Positions 18,402 to 27,273 of a stretch of DNA of 64,000 nucleotides are shown here, piece by piece. Position numbers and translations under genes: made by a program. The DNA is from Xanthobacteraceae bacterium (GTDB lineage Bacteria; Pseudomonadota; Alphaproteobacteria; Rhizobiales; Xanthobacteraceae). Where the stretch lies: NCBI GenBank assembly GCA_030038995.1, contig JASHQS010000260.1, forward strand, positions 327 to 64,326, written 5' to 3'. Below the pieces are notes generated by a model, which did no database searches, was not told the DNA's origin, and saw nothing but the letters and a program-made list of their open reading frames with translations. Each line of letters opens with the position of its first letter. The first letter of the stretch is position 1.

Positions 18402-18421
18402 ATTCCCGCGCAAGCGGGAAT
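18402..18421. repeat. REP hairpin ATTCCCGC-gcaa-GCGGGAAT
   Basis: Perfect 8-bp stem. Same family as 1615-1634. Confidence 0.6.
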
Positions 18422-18476
18422 CCAGAGGGAGCGCGCACCGATTGCAGTGATGAGGTTACTGGGTCCCCGCTTGCGC

Positions 18477-18656
18477 GCATAGGCGCTAACATAGCTGCGT
18501 TTCCCGGGCGCAGCGCAGCACGAAGCGCAGCGAAGTGGTGCGCTGCAGACCCGGGATCGTAACAAGTTGCGGAGTCTGGGACGGTCCCGGACCAGCGGTG
18601 CACCGCTTCGTGCTGCACCGCATCCGGGAAACAGAGGCCTATGTTGGCGCCTATGC
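18477..18656 (-). mobile_element. 180-bp MITE copy B (inverted relative to A), TSD GCTTGCGC (18469-18476 / 18657-18664)
   Basis: Same TIRs and length as copy A. The duplication was read directly. Joining the flanks restores a REP hairpin GTCCCCGC-TTGC-GCGGGAAC. Confidence 0.8.
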
Positions 18657-18692
18657 GCTTGCGCGGGAACGAGCGGATGGGTGTCGGCCGCA

Positions 18693-20765
18693 TCACGCGG
18701 TCACCTTCTCGGCGTCGGCAAAGCCGCGCTTGCGCAGGAGCGCATCGGCGCTCGGCAGGCGGCCGCGAAATGCCTTGTAGGCTTCGGCCGGATCGCGCGA
18801 ACCGCCGGCGGCGTAGATGAAGTCGTGCAGCCGCTTTGCCATGGCCGGATCGAACACGTCGCCGGTCTCCGCGAACGCTTCGAACGCGTCGGCGTCGAGC
18901 ACTTCCGACCACATGTAGCTGTAATAACCGGCCGCATAGCCGCCGCCGGCAAAGATGTGGGCGAAATGCGGCGGCCGGTGCCGCATGACGATCTCGTCCG
19001 GCATGCCGATGCGGTTGAGCGCGCTGGCCTCGAACGCGGCCGGATCGATGTTCTGCGGTTCGGACAGCGAATGGAAATCGAGATCGACCAGCGCGCAGGC
19101 GACGTACTCGACCGCGGCAAAGCCGCGGTTGAAATTGCGCGCCGCGATCAGCCGGGCCAGCAGCGCTTCGGGCATCGGTTCGCCGGTCCGATAATGCAGC
19201 GCGAAGCGGCGCAACAGCTCCGGCTGTTCGAGCCAATGCTCGTAGAGTTGCGACGGCAATTCGACGAAATCGGTGGCGACGTTGGTGCCGGCGATTTCCG
19301 GATAAGTGACGTTGGAGAGGAGTCCGTGCAGCGCGTGGCCGAATTCGTGGAACAGCGTGTGGGCGTCGTCGAAGCTGAGCAGCGTCGGCTCGCCGTCGGC
19401 GGCCTTGGCGAAATTGCAGACGTTGACGATATGCGGCCGCACCTCGCCGGCAAGCTTTTCCTGGTCGCGCAGCGCGGTCATCCAGGCGCCGCTGCGTTTC
19501 GACGGCCGCGCGAAATAGTCGCCGAAGAACAGGCCGATCGGCGCCGCGTCGCGGCCGCGCACCTCCCAGACCCGCACGTCGGGATGCCAGACCGCAACGT
19601 CGCGCCGCGGCCGGAACGTGAGGCCGAACAGGCGCCCCGCCGCATAGAAGGCGGCCTCGATCATCCGCTCCAGGCCGAGATACGGCTTGACCGCGGCTGC
19701 ATCGAAATCGCAGCGCCGTTGCCGCAACTTTTCCGCGTAATAGCGCCAGTCCCACGGCGCCAATCGGAAATTGCCGCCGCCCTCCTGGATCAGCGCTTGC
19801 AGGTCATCGCGGTCGGCCAGCGCCTTTTGCCGCGCGCGCGTCCACACCGCGTCGAGCAGGCCGCGCACGGCCTCGGGCGTCTTGGCCATGGCGTCGTCGA
19901 GCCGGTAATGGGCGAAATCCGCAAAGCCGAGCAGGCGGGCGCGCTCGGCGCGCAGCCGCACCATTTCGGCGATGATCGCCTTGTTGTCGGTTGCGTCGCC
20001 CTTGTCGCCGCGCATGACGAAGGCGCGGAATACTTTCTCGCGCAGGTCGCGGCGGTCGGCAAATTGCAGGAACGACTCGACGCTCGACCGCGACAGCGTG
20101 AGCGCATAGCCGTCGCGGCCACGCTCCTTGGCCTCGGCCTGCATGGCCTCGCGCATGAAGTCGGGCAGGCCGGCAAGCTCCGCCTCGCCGTGCAGCGACA
20201 GCACGAAGGCCTGCTCGTCGGCCAGCACGTTCTGGCTGAAAGAGGTGCCGAGCGCGGCGAGACGCTCGATGATGTCCGCCAGACGCTTCTTGGCGGCGGC
20301 GTCGAGGCCGGCGCCGGCGCGGCGGAAGGCGATATGATAGCGCTCGAGCACCCGCTTCTGCTCGGCGGTCAGCCCGAGCGTGTCGGCGGCGCGCGCCAGC
20401 GTGTCGATGCGGCGGAACAACGCCGCGTTGGTGTGGATGGCGTTGAAATGGCGGGCGATCTGCGGGGCGATGTCGCGCTCGATCGCAAGCAGCGCGTCGT
20501 TGCTGTGGGCGCCGACCAGGACGTGGAAGACGTTGCCGACGCGGGTGAGCGCGCGACCGCTGTTCTCCATCGCCGCGATGGTGTTGGCGAAGCTCGGCGG
20601 CGCCGGATCGGCCGCAATGGCGGCGATCTCGGCCTCGTGCCCGGCGAGCGCGCGCGCATAGGCGGCAGCAAAGTGCTCGGGCTTGATGCGGCCGAATGGC
20701 GGCACGCCGTCCGGCGCGTCCCACTCGGCCAAAAGCGGATTTTCGGGCGTCTTAATCCGGGTCAT
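18693..20765 (-). CDS. dcp: M3 family peptidyl-dipeptidase
   Basis: HEFGHALH zinc motif and Dcp-like N-terminus NPLLAEWDAPDGVPPF. Confidence 0.85.
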   Translation of the reverse strand: MTRIKTPENPLLAEWDAPDGVPPFGRIKPEHFAAAYARALAGHEAEIAAIAADPAPPSFANTIAAMENSGRALTRVGNVFHVLVGAHSNDALLAIERDIAPQIARHFNAIHTNAALFRRIDTLARAADTLGLTAEQKRVLERYHIAFRRAGAGLDAAAKKRLADIIERLAALGTSFSQNVLADEQAFVLSLHGEAELAGLPDFMREAMQAEAKERGRDGYALTLSRSSVESFLQFADRRDLREKVFRAFVMRGDKGDATDNKAIIAEMVRLRAERARLLGFADFAHYRLDDAMAKTPEAVRGLLDAVWTRARQKALADRDDLQALIQEGGGNFRLAPWDWRYYAEKLRQRRCDFDAAAVKPYLGLERMIEAAFYAAGRLFGLTFRPRRDVAVWHPDVRVWEVRGRDAAPIGLFFGDYFARPSKRSGAWMTALRDQEKLAGEVRPHIVNVCNFAKAADGEPTLLSFDDAHTLFHEFGHALHGLLSNVTYPEIAGTNVATDFVELPSQLYEHWLEQPELLRRFALHYRTGEPMPEALLARLIAARNFNRGFAAVEYVACALVDLDFHSLSEPQNIDPAAFEASALNRIGMPDEIVMRHRPPHFAHIFAGGGYAAGYYSYMWSEVLDADAFEAFAETGDVFDPAMAKRLHDFIYAAGGSRDPAEAYKAFRGRLPSADALLRKRGFADAEKVTA

Positions 20766-20853
20766 GGCAGGGGTCTTAGCAAATGCGGCGAGGCCCGTGA
20801 TATATATGTCATAGAGCCGAGAGCCTCCACCCGATGGAGGAAGGAGCGAAAAA

Positions 20854-21810
20854 ATGCCCCACCACGCCCATTACGTGCCGCACGGCGTCATTGCCGCCGT
20901 GATCCTGCCGTTCAGCGACGATCTTGCCATCGACGAGAAGAGCTTTCGCAAGCATTTGCAGGATGTAGCGGCGGTCAAGGGCCTGTCCGCCGTCACCGTC
21001 AACGCACACTCGACCGAGGTCGCCTCCTGCAGCTTCGACGAGCAGCGGCGCGTGCTCGACATCGCGCAGGACGAGATCGGCAGCCGGCTGCCGATCGTCA
21101 ACGGCATCTGGGCCGACGGCAGTTTGGAGGCGGCGCGCATCGCCCGCATGGCCGAGCAGGGCGGCGCCGCGGCGCTCTTGGTCTTTCCGCCGGCGCCGTT
21201 CACCTTGGGCCAATCGCCCGCCATGGCGGTCGAGCATTTCCGGCGCATCGCCGACGCCTCGCGCCTGCCGTTGATCGTCTTCCAATATCCGCTGGCCACC
21301 GGCCAGGGTTTTCCGCGCGATACTCTGCTGCGGATGTGCGACGAGGTGCCGACCATTCGCGCCATCAAGGATTGGGCCGGCAACGTCGCGCAGCACGAGA
21401 TGCACGTGCGCGAACTGCAAAGCCGCAAGCCCGCGGTCAACGTGCTCTCGACCCACAGCGCCTGGCTGTTGAGCTCGCTGGTGCTCGGCTGCAACGGGCT
21501 CCTCTCCGGCTCCGGCAGCGTCATCGCCGACCTGCAAGCGGCGCTGTTTGCGGCGGTGCAGAGGAACGACCTCGCCGCGGCGCGGCGGCTCAACGACCGC
21601 ATCTATCCGCTCGCCCGCGTGTTCTACGCCGACCCCTGGGCCGACATGCACAACCGCATGAAGGAGGCGCTGGTGCTGCTCGGCCGGCTGCCGCGCGCCG
21701 TGGTGCGGCCACCGCTCGTCAAGCTCGCCCGCGCCGAGGTCGACCGCATCCGCGCCGCCCTGGTGGAGGCCGGCCTGTTGCCGCAAAAAGCCGCACGCGA
21801 CGCGGCGTAA
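20854..21810 (+). CDS. dihydrodipicolinate synthase/N-acetylneuraminate lyase family (DapA-like) protein
   Basis: Class I aldolase pattern with the Schiff-base Lys in AIKDWAGN. Strong GGAGGAAGGAG SD. Confidence 0.8.
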   Translation: MPHHAHYVPHGVIAAVILPFSDDLAIDEKSFRKHLQDVAAVKGLSAVTVNAHSTEVASCSFDEQRRVLDIAQDEIGSRLPIVNGIWADGSLEAARIARMAEQGGAAALLVFPPAPFTLGQSPAMAVEHFRRIADASRLPLIVFQYPLATGQGFPRDTLLRMCDEVPTIRAIKDWAGNVAQHEMHVRELQSRKPAVNVLSTHSAWLLSSLVLGCNGLLSGSGSVIADLQAALFAAVQRNDLAAARRLNDRIYPLARVFYADPWADMHNRMKEALVLLGRLPRAVVRPPLVKLARAEVDRIRAALVEAGLLPQKAARDAA

Positions 21811-21820
21811 CCCATCATAC

Positions 21821-21960
21821 CGGGGCGCGCCGAAGGCGCGAACCCGGAAAATCCATCATCCCAGCCGTTCTAACGATACACGGGCGTCGTTCCCGCGCTG
21901 CCGGGCTTATGGATTCCGGCTCTCGCTCGCTTCGCTCGCTCGGCCGGAACGACGGCCCCG
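21821..21960. repeat. REP-like palindrome cluster after the DapA-like gene (CGTCGTTCC ... GGAACGACG and others)
   Basis: Inverted repeats at 21885-21893/21946-21954 and a GC hairpin at about 21821-21848. Confidence 0.4.
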
Positions 21961-22000
21961 GGGTTGAATTTGCCGCCTCTTTCAGACTAACTGCCCAACC

Positions 22001-22255
22001 ATGAATGAAGCTCCCCCTCGCCGCCCCCGCCGCATCGTCTGGCGCAACGTGCTGACCGTCGTCAGCGCGGCGATCCTGATCAGCGCCGAAGTGTTCGGCG
22101 CCGCGTTTGCCGGCAGCTGGGCGATCGCCAACCTGATCGGGCTCGGCACGCTGGGTGCGCGCATTCTCGACTTGCTGTTCATGCTCTGCGGCGTCGCCGT
22201 GATGGTGCAGTTTCTGCGCGCCGCCAGTCACGTCGAGCCATTCACCGCCGAGTAA
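22001..22255 (+). CDS. small hypothetical membrane protein (84 aa, 2 TM)
   Basis: ORF with two hydrophobic helices. No recognised family. Confidence 0.4.
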   Translation: MNEAPPRRPRRIVWRNVLTVVSAAILISAEVFGAAFAGSWAIANLIGLGTLGARILDLLFMLCGVAVMVQFLRAASHVEPFTAE

Positions 22256-22299
22256 CGGCGCCCGCGCCGTCGCCGCGCGGTGGAGAATTCCGCGCGTTA

Positions 22300-22736
22300 C
22301 GTTTTGTTAAGATCAAATCGCTTGCGCCTCGCGGCAAAATCGCTTATCCCGCGAATGCCCAATTTCGCACGTGCCTGTGGCCGTGTGTCGGTCGGTGGGC
22401 ATCCGGACAAGAGGCCGGACAGCCGCCTAAGGAAGAGACACTAACTTCCTTGCTCCCGTGACCGGCAGCCGGAGGCGAAACCGGCATAGCCCGCTCTCCA
22501 CGGGCGACGCGGCTTAAAGCAACGACGGAAGGGCTTTTTTGGTTACTGCCGGCGCCAATGCCGGGGACACCGAAAGGGCTTGTCCTTCTTTGCCAGCAGT
22601 GCGGAACGGGATCTCCCTCATCCGGACCAAGGCAGCAACAACGGCGGCGCACCTCGCTTTCGCATGATGCGGAACCCGCGTCGCAGGAGGTTCACCTCGG
22701 CGGCTAAGCCGCCGGCCGGATAGGGGAGCTGGGTCC
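22300..22736 (+). ncRNA. long structured 5' leader of the ornithine decarboxylase gene; candidate alphaproteobacterial speF-type leader RNA
   Basis: About 480 nt without a credible ORF directly upstream of an ODC gene. The speF RNA motif is known from exactly this context in Alphaproteobacteria. I cannot align to the covariance model here, so the boundaries are approximate. Confidence 0.35.
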
Positions 22737-23867
22737 ATGACCACGCGCATCCGCGAATTTCTCAAGAAGCGCCCGCAGGACGGACCGTGCCTCGTCGTCG
22801 ACCTCGACGTGGTGCGCGACAATTATCTGGCCTTCGCCAAGGCGCTGCCCGACAGCAAAGTGTACTACGCGGTCAAGGCCAATCCGGCGCCGGAGATTCT
22901 CAAGCTGTTGGCCGAGTTCGGCTGCTGCTTCGATGTCGCCTCGGTGAGCGAGATCGAAGCCGTGCTGGCGGCGGGCGCGACGCCGGAGCGGATTTCCTAC
23001 GGCAACACCATCAAGAAGGAATCGGAGATCGCCGCCGCCGCCAAGCTCGGCGTCATGCTGTTTGCGGTCGACTGCGAGGCCGAGGTCGAGAAAGTCGCCC
23101 GCGCGGCGCCGGGCAGCCGGCTGATTTGCCGCATCCATTGCGACGGCTCCGGCTCGGAGTGGCCGCTGTCGCGCAAGTTCGGCTGCGAGCCGGCCTATGC
23201 GGCGGACATTTTGGAGCTGGCGCAAAAGCGCGGCCTGACGCCGTACGGCGTGTCGTTCCATGTCGGCTCGCAGCAGCACAATATCGAGGCCTGGGACCGC
23301 GCGCTCGCTTCCACCGCGTCGGTGTTCCGCGCCTGCGCCGAGCGCGGCATCACGCTGTCGATGGTCAATCTCGGCGGCGGTTTTCCGGCCCGCTACGTGC
23401 GCAAGACGCCGAAGCTGGAATCCTACGGCAAGGCGATCTTCCGCTCGCTGCGCAAGCATTTCGGCAACGCGCTGCCGGAGACGATCGTGGAGCCGGGCCG
23501 CGGCCTGGTCGGCAATGCCGGCATCATCGAGGCCGAAGTGGTGCTGATCGCCAAGCGCTCGCCCGAGGACGAGGTGCGCTGGGTCTATCTCGACATCGGC
23601 AAATTCCACGGCCTTGCGGAAACCATCGACGAATCGATCCGCTATCCGATCCGCACCCCGCGCGACCGCGACGAGACCGCCCCTTGCATCATCGCCGGGC
23701 CGACCTGCGACTCCGTGGACGTGCTCTATGAGAAGACGCCGTACCCGTTGCCGGTGTCGCTCGCCATCGGCGACAAGGTGCTGATCGAGGCGACCGGCGC
23801 CTACACGGCGACCTACTCGTCGGTCGGCTTCAACGGCTATCCGCCGCTACGGCAGTATCTGATCTAA
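22737..23867 (+). CDS. odc: ornithine/lysine decarboxylase (alanine-racemase-fold, eukaryote-type ODC)
   Basis: YAVKANPAPEILKLLAEFGCCFDVASVSE PLP-Lys motif, plus GGGFP and CDSVD motifs. Confidence 0.9.
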   Translation: MTTRIREFLKKRPQDGPCLVVDLDVVRDNYLAFAKALPDSKVYYAVKANPAPEILKLLAEFGCCFDVASVSEIEAVLAAGATPERISYGNTIKKESEIAAAAKLGVMLFAVDCEAEVEKVARAAPGSRLICRIHCDGSGSEWPLSRKFGCEPAYAADILELAQKRGLTPYGVSFHVGSQQHNIEAWDRALASTASVFRACAERGITLSMVNLGGGFPARYVRKTPKLESYGKAIFRSLRKHFGNALPETIVEPGRGLVGNAGIIEAEVVLIAKRSPEDEVRWVYLDIGKFHGLAETIDESIRYPIRTPRDRDETAPCIIAGPTCDSVDVLYEKTPYPLPVSLAIGDKVLIEATGAYTATYSSVGFNGYPPLRQYLI

Positions 23868-24747
23868 AGCTGAATTCAGCTTCGGTCTCGGCCTTGGCGA
23901 CGGCCGCGGTCGCGACCGGAGCCTGCTCTTCAAGCTTGCGGGCGAGAGCCAGGAGGTCGAAAAACACCGCGGCGCAGCCGGCATCCTGCAGGTCGGATCG
24001 TGAAAAATGTCCGCTCTGCACGCCGACCGGCGTCAGCCCGGCGGTGCGCCCGGCTTCCGCGTCGTAGGGCGTGTCGCCGATCATGGCGATCTGCGCCGGC
24101 GGCACGTGCAGTTTCCTCACCGCCACGACAACGACGTTGGCGGCGGGCCTTTCCCGCTTCACGTCATCGCCGCAGCACGCCACGTCGATCAGGTCGTCGA
24201 CTCCCATGATGGCACGATAGCGGGCCAGGTCGTCCCTGTCGCAGGCCGCCGCCAGCGCGATCTTGGCGTCGGCGGTCTTGATCGCGGTGAACAGGCTGCG
24301 CAAGCCGGCGAACGGGCGCACCTGCGGCAGGTAGCGGATGCGGTAGCGCTCGCTCTGCATCTGGGCGATATGATCGAGCGTCTTCGGGTCGTGCTTCTTG
24401 ACGAAATGGCGCAGCATGCGCTTGCCGTCCATGCCCGAATAGGGGTGCAGATCGGCGACGCTCGCCGTCACGCCGATTTCGGCCAGCGTTTCGCTCCAGC
24501 ATTGCAGCGCCGGCAGCACCGTATCGACCAGCGTGCCCTCGACGTCGAACACGAAGGCGCGCGGCCGCAACGGCAGATCGTCGGCCGGGCGGAGGCGGCC
24601 AATGAGCCATCCCGGCGGCCGCGCAATCGCCGCGACGGCGGCGCCAGGCCGGCGACTGCGGTCGTAGCGTGCCAGGCGCCGATGGACCCGCCGCTCATGG
24701 TCGGCAGGCAGGCGGTGCGCAGCGTGATGGGCTCGAAGCGCTGTCAA
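23830..24747 (-). CDS. HAD family hydrolase
   Basis: FVFDVEGTLVDT (DxD) motif and GDTPYD motif IV. The true start is probably much nearer the DxD motif (for example TTG 6 codons upstream); the track start is TTG 24747. The 3' end overlaps odc by 38 nt. Confidence 0.7.
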   Translation of the reverse strand: MTALRAHHAAHRLPADHERRVHRRLARYDRSRRPGAAVAAIARPPGWLIGRLRPADDLPLRPRAFVFDVEGTLVDTVLPALQCWSETLAEIGVTASVADLHPYSGMDGKRMLRHFVKKHDPKTLDHIAQMQSERYRIRYLPQVRPFAGLRSLFTAIKTADAKIALAAACDRDDLARYRAIMGVDDLIDVACCGDDVKRERPAANVVVVAVRKLHVPPAQIAMIGDTPYDAEAGRTAGLTPVGVQSGHFSRSDLQDAGCAAVFFDLLALARKLEEQAPVATAAVAKAETEAEFSFRSDTAVAADSR

Positions 24748-24866
24748 AACGATCGATCCAAATATCTTGTCGGCTATACGGCACGTATCAACGCACGCAT
24801 AAAACCGGTCGTATCAGCCGCACAACGCTGATGCGCGCTCAAAGTTCCACAGGTGCCCGCTTTTGC

Positions 24867-25051
24867 CCCTAGTCTAGGCGCTAACATAGGCCTCTGTTTG
24901 CCGGATGCGGTGCAGCGCGCAGCGGTGCACCGCTGATCCGGGACCGTCCCAGACTCCGCAACTTGTTACGATCCCGGGTCTGCAGCGCACCACTTCGCCG
25001 CGCTTCATGCTGCGCTGCGCCCGGGAAACGCAGCTATGTTAGCGCCTATGC
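24867..25051 (+). mobile_element. MITE copy C (185 bp, degenerate left end), TSD GCTTTTGC (24859-24866 / 25052-25059)
   Basis: Homologous throughout to copies A and B. The right TIR is intact and the left end carries about 5 extra or altered bases. Confidence 0.75.
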
Positions 25052-25064
25052 GCTTTTGCCCCGA

Positions 25065-26066
25065 TCAGCCGAGATCGACGACGCCTGCGGCGCCATCTTC
25101 GGCGCCCCAGGCGAGCAGGAGCCCGTCGGCGCTCCAGGCCAGCGCGCTCACTGGCGCGTCGCCCGGCTTCTTGGCCAAAATCTCGGCGCCGTCCTCGATG
25201 CGCACGAGCAGCACCATGCCGTCGCCGTAGCCGGCTGCCACGATGTCCTGCTGGGGATGGCAGGCGACGATCTCGACGCGCGGCTCGGCGGGCGCCAACA
25301 GGCGCGGCTGCTTGCCCATCGGCCCATCCTTGGTGTGGAACGGCCAGAGAATGATTTGCGTCGCGCCGGAGGTCGCGAGCCAGCGGCCGCCCGCGGTCCA
25401 GTCGAGCGACATGACGCGCGCCGCGTAGCCCGCCATGCGCATGTGCTGCCGGCCGGCGAGGCGCCAGCCATGCAGCATCGGCTCCTGCATGGTGGTGACG
25501 AGAAAGCGGCCGTCGGGACTGACGGTGGCGCCAAGATGCGAGCCCTTCCACTCCAGCGGCTCGGGCGCGGCCTGCGGCGCGTTGGGAAACCACAAAGTGG
25601 CGCCATTGTAATGGGCGATGGCGAGGCGAAAGCCTTTGGGCAGGAACGCGAGCCCGCCGACTGTTGACGGCGCCGCGAATTGCTGGAGCTCTTTGGCCTG
25701 CACGAACGCGGTTTTGCCCGCCGACCAAGCCGCCGCGCCGTCCGGCCCAAGCGCGACGTGATCGATCCAGCGCCGCTTCGGATCGGCGGCGATGACGCGG
25801 CTCGATCCGGCGTCGGTCGTGACCACCTTGCCGTCGTCGCCGCCGCTGACAATGCGCGCGCCGTCACCGGCCGACGCCAGGATCGCGCCGTCATGGACGG
25901 CCATGCGCCGCTCTTCGCCATCGGGCTCGGCAAACAGCAGCGCTTCCTCGCCGAGCACGAACACGGCGGTGCGGCCGAGAAAGTGCGCGCCGACCACCGC
26001 GCCGCCCGCGGCGACCGCGCGGGTGCGCTCGACGACGGAGACGGTGTCGCTGCGGGTGTCGCTCAT
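25065..26066 (-). CDS. WD40/beta-propeller repeat protein
   Basis: Repeated ...GGDDGKV.., ..WS.DG... units. The start is 1 nt after the COG0523 stop. Confidence 0.7.
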   Translation of the reverse strand: MSDTRSDTVSVVERTRAVAAGGAVVGAHFLGRTAVFVLGEEALLFAEPDGEERRMAVHDGAILASAGDGARIVSGGDDGKVVTTDAGSSRVIAADPKRRWIDHVALGPDGAAAWSAGKTAFVQAKELQQFAAPSTVGGLAFLPKGFRLAIAHYNGATLWFPNAPQAAPEPLEWKGSHLGATVSPDGRFLVTTMQEPMLHGWRLAGRQHMRMAGYAARVMSLDWTAGGRWLATSGATQIILWPFHTKDGPMGKQPRLLAPAEPRVEIVACHPQQDIVAAGYGDGMVLLVRIEDGAEILAKKPGDAPVSALAWSADGLLLAWGAEDGAAGVVDLG

Positions 26067-26067
26067 A

Positions 26068-27114
26068 TCAAGCGATGCAGCTCTCGAACCCTTCCGTAAT
26101 CGTCTTGCCGGGCAGGTTGCGGCCGATGAAGACGATGCGGCTGTCGCGCTTCTCGTCCTTGTTCCAGGGCCGCTGGTGATCGCCGTCGAGGATCATGTGC
26201 ACGCCCTGGAAGACGAAGCGCTGGTCGTCGCCCTTGAAGGCGAGGATGCCCTTGCAGCGCAGGATATTGGGTCCTTCCTTCTGCACCAGATCCTGGATCC
26301 ACGGAAAGAATTTGTCGGGATCGAGCGGCTGGTCGCTTTTCAGCGACATCGATTGCATCTCCTCGTCGTGATAGTGCTTGAGCCCGCCGTGATGATGGGC
26401 ATGGTGGTGATCGTGATCGTGCCCACGCTCGTGATCATGATCGTGTGCATGCTCGTGGTCATGGCCGTCGCCTGCCAAAAAAGCGGGCTCGATGTCGAGG
26501 ATGCGATCGAGATCGAAGGCGTTGCGGTCCAAAACCTCGCCGAGCGGAATTTTGGCGCGCTCGGTCTTGTGCAGCCTGGCATAAGGATTGATGCCGCGGA
26601 TGCGCGCCTCGACCTCGCCCAGCTCCTCTGCCGACACCAAGTCGGTCTTGTTGAGCAAAATCACGTCGGCGAACGCGATCTGGTTCTTGGCCTCGGGCGC
26701 GTCCTTGAGCCGCTCGTTGAGCCATTTGGCATCGGCCACGGTGACCACGGCGTCGAGCTTGGTGCGGCGCCCGACGTTCTCGTCGATGAAGAAGGTTTGC
26801 GCCACCGGCGCCGGATCGGCGAGCCCGGTGGTCTCGACGATGATGGCGTCGAACTTGCCCTTGCGCCGCATCAGGCCGTCGAGGATGCGAACGAGGTCGC
26901 CGCGCACCGTGCAGCAGATGCAGCCGTTGTTCATTTCGAACACTTCCTCGTCGGCGCCGACCACGAGCTCGTTGTCGATGCCGATCTCGCCGAATTCGTT
27001 GACGATCACGGCGTATTTCTTGCCGTGCGGCTCGGACAGGATGCGGTTGAGCAGCGTGGTCTTGCCGGCGCCGAGATAGCCGGTCAGCACCGTGACCGGA
27101 ATTTTGTCAGTCAT
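26068..27114 (-). CDS. COG0523 (CobW/ZigA-like) GTPase metallochaperone with a His-rich insert
   Basis: GYLGAGKTTLLN P-loop, CICCTVRGDL metal motif and an HDHEHAHDHDHERGHDHDHHHAHHH stretch. ATG 27114 has a GGAGGG SD. Confidence 0.9.
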   Translation of the reverse strand: MTDKIPVTVLTGYLGAGKTTLLNRILSEPHGKKYAVIVNEFGEIGIDNELVVGADEEVFEMNNGCICCTVRGDLVRILDGLMRRKGKFDAIIVETTGLADPAPVAQTFFIDENVGRRTKLDAVVTVADAKWLNERLKDAPEAKNQIAFADVILLNKTDLVSAEELGEVEARIRGINPYARLHKTERAKIPLGEVLDRNAFDLDRILDIEPAFLAGDGHDHEHAHDHDHERGHDHDHHHAHHHGGLKHYHDEEMQSMSLKSDQPLDPDKFFPWIQDLVQKEGPNILRCKGILAFKGDDQRFVFQGVHMILDGDHQRPWNKDEKRDSRIVFIGRNLPGKTITEGFESCIA

Positions 27115-27273
27115 TTGGTCCCTCCGTTCGCCTTCTATATAGGCATCCGTCGGCAGTTGCATCCTCGCCCGCCGTCCGTTCGCCCGCGACGATCAGCCGG
27201 GTGCGTGCCGGCTTGATCGAAGGGGCGCTTGCGCTATCGTTTCCAACCACGCGGGCGTGCCAGGGAGGAAACG

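Noticed and set aside
18567-22004. 1145-aa plus-strand ORF spanning the Dcp and DapA-like regions.
   Set aside because: It is antisense to the M3 peptidase (HEFGH motif on the other strand) and out of frame with the DapA-like gene. Low-complexity R/A/G composition and no start context.
22355-22444. 29-codon upstream ORF (MPNFARACGRV...) in the odc leader as a possible SpeFL-like arrest peptide.
   Set aside because: No SD, no similarity to the enterobacterial SpeFL peptide that I can recall, and it lies about 300 nt from odc. The RNA-motif explanation is better supported.
27115-27273. Expected Zur box upstream of the COG0523 gene.
   Set aside because: No GTAATG...CATTAC-like palindrome is visible in the spacer. 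Not called.
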